Both the position numbers and the translations under genes were made by a program. From Nitrososphaerota archaeon (GTDB taxonomy: Archaea; Thermoproteota; Nitrososphaeria; Nitrososphaerales; UBA57), in the NCBI GenBank assembly GCA_002713205.1, contig PAVW01000021.1, positions 1 through 29,117 on the forward strand: a stretch of DNA of 29,117 bases, written 5' to 3'. Below are positions 24,604 through 29,117 of this stretch, piece after piece (the stretch's first letter is position 1; every line of letters starts with the position of its first letter). Under the pieces are notes generated by a model that saw only the letters and a list, made by a program, of their open reading frames with translations, did no database searches and was not told the DNA's origin.

Positions 24604-25899
24604 TTGAAAAAATTAGTTTTAATTTTATTTTTATTGTTAATAAGTTCATTTACTATATATTCAAAAAATATATTTTTCAAAATAGAAGGATTAGAAAATG
24701 AATGGGAGACTAAATCACCCATGCCAACAAAAAGAACTGAGCATGTTGCAATTGAAGTTAGTGGTGAAATTTATGTGATTGGAGGATTTGATATCAGTGG
24801 AAATATATTAAAAAAAATTGAAGCGTATAATATAGAAAATGATTCATGGAGAACAGTATCTCCATTGCCTATATCATTACATCACACATCGATTGCCACA
24901 TATGAGAATAAAATTTACGTGATAGGAGGATACACAGATAGATGGATGCCATCGGCAAGAGTATATGTATATGATATAGATACAGATTCATGGTCTAGAA
25001 AAAGCAACATGCCAACAGCACGAGGGGCATTAACATCTCAGAGAATTGGAGAACATATTTTTTCAATAGGAGGAGTAAGTATCATAGGTGTAACTGGATT
25101 AAATGAGGTTTATAATATTTTAGAAGACAAGTGGAAAACTAAAGCACCAATGCCAACACCAAGAGAACATTTAGCATCAGGATTAATCAACAATACAATA
25201 TATGTGATCGGTGGAAGGCAAAGAAGTTTAACAAGTAATATGAACACAAATGAAGCATATAATGCAATAGAAGATAAGTGGTTTAAAAAAACACCAATGC
25301 CATCAAAAAGAGGAGGAATAACTGCATCATCAATAGGTAATAGTATTTTTGTATTTGGAGGTGAAACAACCACAAAAACATTTGATAATAATGAACAATA
25401 TATTAGTACTAATGATACTTGGATAGAAAGAACAAAAATGCCAACGTCAAGACATGGATTAGCTGCAATTTCATACAATAATTCAATTTTTGTAATTGGA
25501 GGCGGTAGAGAACCTGGTTTTAGCATGAGTGGAATTAATGAAATATTTACACCAAAAGAATTACAAGTAAATATAAAAGAAATAATAGTAGATAAACCTA
25601 ATATAAAAAATAATCGAAGTGTTGAAGTAATCCCTCAGCCAAATATAAAAAATAATCAAAGTGTTGAAGTAATCCCTCAGCCAAATATAAAAAATAATCA
25701 AAGTGTTGAAGTAATCCCTAATAAAATTAATAACGAAACAAAATTAGATAGATCTCATAATCCAAGTGAATATAGAGCAAACGAAATATCCAACACTACA
25801 AATTCCGAAAGATATTCAAATTTTTTATATGCAACTATAATTATTATTGTAATAATAATTATTACGCAAGTAAAAAAATTCTTAAATTTAAATAAATAA
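24604..25899 (+). CDS. Secreted/surface-anchored Kelch-repeat beta-propeller protein with tandem-repeat stalk and C-terminal TM anchor
   Basis: The signal peptide is MKKLVLILFLLLISSFTIYS. About six Kelch units are present (PMPT.R......(I)YVIGG pattern). These are followed by 3 copies of PNIKNN(R/Q)SVEVIP(Q), an N/S/T-rich linker, and the C-terminal anchor YATIIIIVIIIITQV plus a basic tail. TTG start. Confidence 0.8.
   Translation: MKKLVLILFLLLISSFTIYSKNIFFKIEGLENEWETKSPMPTKRTEHVAIEVSGEIYVIGGFDISGNILKKIEAYNIENDSWRTVSPLPISLHHTSIATYENKIYVIGGYTDRWMPSARVYVYDIDTDSWSRKSNMPTARGALTSQRIGEHIFSIGGVSIIGVTGLNEVYNILEDKWKTKAPMPTPREHLASGLINNTIYVIGGRQRSLTSNMNTNEAYNAIEDKWFKKTPMPSKRGGITASSIGNSIFVFGGETTTKTFDNNEQYISTNDTWIERTKMPTSRHGLAAISYNNSIFVIGGGREPGFSMSGINEIFTPKELQVNIKEIIVDKPNIKNNRSVEVIPQPNIKNNQSVEVIPQPNIKNNQSVEVIPNKINNETKLDRSHNPSEYRANEISNTTNSERYSNFLYATIIIIVIIIITQVKKFLNLNK
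25597..25722. repeat. 42-bp tandem repeat in 3 copies (in-frame, within the Kelch protein stalk)
   Basis: Units lie at 25597-25638, 25639-25680 and 25681-25722. Copies 2 and 3 are identical except for the last codon. Copy 1 differs at 2 positions (cct/cca, cga/caa). Confidence 0.95.
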
Positions 25900-26002
25900 A
25901 AAAAATAATTTAAAATTTTAAAATCCAATTAATTTAATTTCTAAAATAGAAAAAATACGTAAATTCAATAAAAAAAATAAAATAATTATAAAATAATTAA
26001 GG

Positions 26003-27058
26003 TTAATATGTAATTTCTTCAGAATTAATTGATGATTTACGGCGAGTGGATTTTGTTTTATTAAGATCTTTTAATTCTTTAATGAAATTAAAACGTAAAG
26101 AAGATTTAGTTTTTTCTATTAATAAATATTTATTTGAAAAAGCATTTAATTGAAAAACAACTTCTTCATTTTGAACTTGTTGAATTAATACAAATGGTTT
26201 AGGTTTTGATAAAATATTTGTGGTATTAATTGCAGAGTGAATCAGAGCTCGTTTTATTTTATCAATATCAGTAAATGAATTTATTGTATATTCAATATTA
26301 ACTGGATAAATTGAATTAAAAGAATTTACTTGAGTAAAATGATTAAAAACCAAGCTATTAGGAAAATTAATAATGGCATCATTTTGATCGAGCAATTTAC
26401 AAAACATTAAATCAATATGTTGAACTTCACCAGAATAATTAGTTCCGTCAATAGAAATAACATCACCTTCTTTAAATGGTTTCCAAAGTAAAATAATAAA
26501 ACCGGATATTACATTACTAAGAGTACTCCAAGAAGCAAATAACATAATAACAAAAATTGCAAATAATAAAATAAAAATAGGAATATATGTAGTAATATCA
26601 TATCCAATAAAATTTAAAATTAAACTAAAACTAATTAAAAACACAGACCAAGTAGAAAAACGTTGTAAAATTTTTACTGACAATGATTCCATTTTTCTTT
26701 GTACAGAAAAATCTGCAATATAAGATTTAGAAATTTGATTAATTAAATGAGCAGAAAGAAGTATACTAATTACTAAAAGAACATTAGATAAATTAAATAA
26801 GGATAATTCAAAAATATTTGAATATTGAAGTGAAAAATTTAAACCTATAGTAAAAATAAATAAATAAATAGGAATGCGAAGAGGTTCGTTGTCCTTTGTT
26901 TTAAATCTGAAAAAATTATGACGTACATAAATATCAATAAAATATGCAGAAACAATAAAAATGCTAATAGAAATAATAAATTTTAAGTATGGGTTAGAAA
27001 TTATTTGCAAAAAACCAGATGTAAGAAGTTCAACCATTAAGCCAAGATACAAATGCAC
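26003..27058 (-). CDS. mscS: Small-conductance mechanosensitive channel (MscS family)
   Basis: N-terminal TM helices are followed by ...LSNVISGFIILLWKPFKEGDVISIDGTNYSGEVQHIDLMFCKLLDQNDAIINFPNSLV..., the MscS pore helix plus beta-domain signature. GTG start (an internal ATG alternative is MVELL...). Confidence 0.82.
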   Translation of the reverse strand: MHLYLGLMVELLTSGFLQIISNPYLKFIISISIFIVSAYFIDIYVRHNFFRFKTKDNEPLRIPIYLFIFTIGLNFSLQYSNIFELSLFNLSNVLLVISILLSAHLINQISKSYIADFSVQRKMESLSVKILQRFSTWSVFLISFSLILNFIGYDITTYIPIFILLFAIFVIMLFASWSTLSNVISGFIILLWKPFKEGDVISIDGTNYSGEVQHIDLMFCKLLDQNDAIINFPNSLVFNHFTQVNSFNSIYPVNIEYTINSFTDIDKIKRALIHSAINTTNILSKPKPFVLIQQVQNEEVVFQLNAFSNKYLLIEKTKSSLRFNFIKELKDLNKTKSTRRKSSINSEEITY

Positions 27059-27470
27059 CAGTTATAGGTTTAACGGATGTCAAAGATTCAACCGCCTAAC
27101 AAAAATATTTTTATTAGATATCATCAATGCATGATAAATTAAAGAATATTTTAAAATAAATTAATGCATAAAATATGAAAATAATTTATAAAAATCATTT
27201 GTATACAAGTTAAATAAATAAAACAAAAAAAAGATCAATATTTACAAAATATTATTATATTTCTCATAAAATAGATCAAATTGGCATCCCAAAAGAACAA
27301 TTGTCATATATATTTAATTTTTATTATTCTAGATTTAATTTATGTGCATAATTATTGAAAGGAAAAAGTAAAAACCAAAATAATTCAAATAAACACTAAT
27401 TATATTAAATATAATTATAAAATTGAATGTATTTTAAAGTTAAAAATATAACATATTATTAATAGAAAAA

Positions 27471-27556
27471 CGGGCCCGGAGGGATTCGAACCCACGACCC
27501 CCGGCTTTCCTCTAAATTAGAGGGCCGATGCTCTATCCAAGCTGAGCTACGAGCCC
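27471..27556 (-). tRNA. tRNA, probably Arg (anticodon UCU), with an 11-nt intron at the canonical 37/38 position
   Basis: Reverse complement: GGGCTCG-TA-GCTC-AGCTTGGATA-GAGC-A-TCGGC-CCTCTA[ATTTAGAGGAA]A-GCCGG-GGGTC-GTGGG-TTCGAAT-CCCTC-CGGGCCC-G. The intron 3' part GAGG pairs with CCTC (positions 32-35), flanked by 3-nt bulges. The spliced loop is CCTCTAA (C at position 33). The T stem has one U-U mismatch. Confidence 0.75.
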
Positions 27557-27700
27557 TAGTTTTGTTTAATATTAATAGAATATAATTATTAAAAAAATCT
27601 GAAAATACAACAATCAAATAATATTAAGCAAATATACATATTTAAAAAAAAATATATTTAAAAGATAAATAATTAATAATATAAATCATCTTCCATATTT

Positions 27701-27922
27701 GTGAAATATTTAGGAATTGCTATGCATATAGCAAAAAGTGGTAGATTAATAATTAAATGTGAAAGTGAAACATCTGCAAATTCATTCATCTTTGATAAAC
27801 GTGGAAATAAAATTGCAAAGATTCAGGAAATATTTGGTCCAATTAATTCACCGTATATTTCTGCGATTACACTAAGCGAAAAAGCTAAAAGAGTTATAGG
27901 TAAGAAAGTGTATAAAGACTGA
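27701..27922 (+). CDS. gar1: H/ACA ribonucleoprotein complex subunit Gar1
   Basis: 73 aa. MKYLGIAMHIAKSGRLIIKCE...FDKRGNKIAKIQEIFGPINSPYISA parallels archaeal Gar1 (MKRLGKVLHYAKQG.LIV...VFGPV..PY). The GTG start is supported by N-terminal conservation. Confidence 0.85.
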   Translation: MKYLGIAMHIAKSGRLIIKCESETSANSFIFDKRGNKIAKIQEIFGPINSPYISAITLSEKAKRVIGKKVYKD

Positions 27923-27925
27923 TAT

Positions 27926-28849
27926 TTGATTACTAGAAACAGTGAAGAAGCGTTTTGTAATTTTTGTAAAACATCACTAATAGGAGATGTAGAAAAAGGA
28001 GAAGTTGTTTGTCCAACTTGTGGCGTAGTAGGAGTAGATCATATGATCGATTCTGGGCCAGAATGGAAAGCAATTAATTCAGAAGATAAAATAAAAAGAG
28101 TAAGAACAGGTGCACCAATAAGTTTAGCATTACATGATTTTGGATTAACAACTCAGATTGGAGAAACTGATTCTAATTCTTCAAAAGATAGTTATTCAGA
28201 TAAATCAATCCAACGAATGAAGAAATGGCAAAGGCGGATCCGTACCTCATCCTCGCGTGAAAGAGGATTAGCTAATGTGTTGGGAAAAATAACTGAATTT
28301 TCAGATCATTTAACGTTACCAAAATCTACTTCAGAAACTGCAGCTCATATCTATAGAAGTGCATTAAGAACTGGAACTGCAAAGAGCAAATCCATCAATG
28401 GAATGGCAGCAGCATCAATTTATTTGGCGTGTAGAAGATGCAGAACTAGTAGATCTATAGGAGAAGTTGCCAATGTTGCAGATTTACCAAGAGCCACTGT
28501 ATCAAGATATTATAGGCTAATTTTAAAAGAAGGTAATCAAGAATATGTTCCATTACACTCATTAAAAACATACATTTCAAAAATAGTAAATATTGCAAAC
28601 TTAAACCCCAAAATAGAGAGATTGGCAATAACAATTTCTTCACAAATTAAAGATTCCACTCTATCAAGTGGGAAATCTCCTGTTGGAATAGCTGCGGCTT
28701 TTATATATATATCATCGGTTATGATAGGTGAAAAAATCCCACAAAGAGAAATTGCAGAATATGCAGATATAACTGAGGTTACAATAAGGAATAGAACTCG
28801 TGAAATTCTTAACAAATATAAAATTAAACAAATTATTAAAATAAAATGA
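27926..28849 (+). CDS. tfb: Transcription initiation factor IIB (TFB)
   Basis: An N-terminal Zn ribbon (CNFCK...CPTCG) is followed by the B-reader/linker and two cyclin-fold repeats (...AAASIYLACRRCRTSRSIGEVA..., ...GIAAAFIYISSVMIGEKIPQREIAEYADITEVTIRNR...). The start is TTG; an in-frame TGA two codons upstream excludes any earlier start. Confidence 0.92.
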   Translation: MITRNSEEAFCNFCKTSLIGDVEKGEVVCPTCGVVGVDHMIDSGPEWKAINSEDKIKRVRTGAPISLALHDFGLTTQIGETDSNSSKDSYSDKSIQRMKKWQRRIRTSSSRERGLANVLGKITEFSDHLTLPKSTSETAAHIYRSALRTGTAKSKSINGMAAASIYLACRRCRTSRSIGEVANVADLPRATVSRYYRLILKEGNQEYVPLHSLKTYISKIVNIANLNPKIERLAITISSQIKDSTLSSGKSPVGIAAAFIYISSVMIGEKIPQREIAEYADITEVTIRNRTREILNKYKIKQIIKIK

Positions 28850-28899
28850 AAACTTCAAATATATCGAAATTGTGATATTTCTTCTACGGATGTTTTTAA

Positions 28900-29117
28900 A
28901 TGGTAAATAATATACCCAAAACGAGTTCTAAAAAAAATGACAAGGCTAAAGATAAATCAAGCAATCAAAATATAAAAAATAATAAAAAAGTCAAAGGAGG
29001 CAGGCCTAAGAGTAAAATTTCTATAGAACCAGAAGTTGAAGTAAAGAAAAGAGGCAGGCCTAAGAGTAAAATTTCTATAGAACCAGAAGTTGAAGTAAAG
29101 AAAAGAGGCAGAAAGAC
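28900..29117 (+). CDS. Partial CDS: lysine-rich protein with tandem AT-hook-like (K-R-G-R-P-K-S-K) repeats; runs off the right edge
   Basis: Absent from the ORF track because it is open at the window end. The ATG is at 28900. My translation is MVNNIPKTSSKKNDKAKDKSSNQNIKNNKKVKG-GRPKSKISIEPEVEVKKR-GRPKSKISIEPEVEVKKR-GRK..., with no stops through 29117. Confidence 0.6.
   Translation, partial: MVNNIPKTSSKKNDKAKDKSSNQNIKNNKKVKGGRPKSKISIEPEVEVKKRGRPKSKISIEPEVEVKKRGRK
28999..29117. repeat. 54-bp perfect tandem repeat (2 full copies, 28999-29052 and 29053-29106) plus the start of a third unit
   Basis: Direct reading: ggcaggcctaagagtaaaatttctatagaaccagaagttgaagtaaagaaaaga appears twice with no mismatch. 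The array reaches the window edge. Confidence 0.95.

Noticed and set aside
22717-25526. Minus-strand ORFs 22717-23019, 23170-23367 and 24031-24381 (inside rad50) and 25110-25526 (inside the Kelch gene)
   Set aside because: They are antisense shadows of long genes with clear identities. The F/I/L/S-rich sequences are what the complement of K/E/N-rich coding DNA produces.
27471-27556. tRNA-Arg as an integration site for a degraded mobile element, given the long flanking non-coding DNA
   Set aside because: No duplicated tRNA 3' segment (att-like direct repeat) is present. The only similar string is the conserved T-arm of tRNA-Leu. No integrase or phage-like genes lie nearby.
1-29117. The tandem repeats at 1-105, 25597-25722 and 28999-29117 as possible CRISPR arrays or mobile-element termini
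   Set aside because: The units are directly abutting with no spacers. They are in-frame inside ORFs and encode sensible peptide repeats. No cas, transposase or integrase genes are present anywhere in the window.

Overview
This is an AT-rich archaeal chromosomal segment (composition judged by eye, not computed). It is very probably from Nitrososphaerota/Thaumarchaeota: it carries a eukaryote-type topoisomerase IB, the archaeal L3-L4-L23-L2-S19-L22-S3 ribosomal operon with S25e, TFB, Gar1, an EndA splicing endonuclease and two intron-containing tRNAs. I can support about 33 protein genes and 3 tRNAs. On the minus strand at the left edge sit the r-protein operon and S25e. Next come ATP-dependent DNA ligase, a DUF47/PhoU-like protein, EndA, the TrmI m1A methyltransferase, a membrane protein and a HAD-IIA phosphatase. 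A base-excision-repair and nucleotide block follows: family-4 UDG overlapping endonuclease III, then ThyX, tRNA-Thr and PurU. After that are a GYD protein, a divergent SWIM zinc-finger / Mre11-SbcD-like phosphoesterase pair, and a class-I aldolase next to a PPi-type phosphofructokinase (a Thermoproteus-like fba-pfp arrangement). The remainder holds topoisomerase IB, a thioredoxin-like protein, a secreted PQQ-type quinoprotein dehydrogenase split in two, Mre11-Rad50, tRNA-Leu, a surface-anchored Kelch propeller, MscS, tRNA-Arg, Gar1-TFB and a partial AT-hook-like repeat protein at the right edge. I found no CRISPR array, transposase, integrase, toxin-antitoxin pair or recognisable defence genes, and no convincing discrete novel multi-gene system; the region looks like core genome. 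The observations most worth checking are: (1) the PQQ dehydrogenase is interrupted exactly at an A-AAA-AAA-TAA site, where a -1 shift restores a continuous propeller blade, so this is recoding, a pseudogene or a homopolymer error; (2) the fba-pfp pair carries PPi-type specificity residues, unexpected for ammonia-oxidising relatives; (3) tRNA-Thr has a non-canonical intron with a clean bulge-helix-bulge geometry, and tRNA-Arg has a predicted C33; (4) there are four separate perfect in-frame tandem repeats (21, 18, 42 and 54 bp), including a heptad tail on ribosomal protein S3 and a KRGRPKSK AT-hook-like repeat protein. Many start codons are TTG or GTG; several are well supported, while others only reflect the longest-ORF convention of the supplied track.
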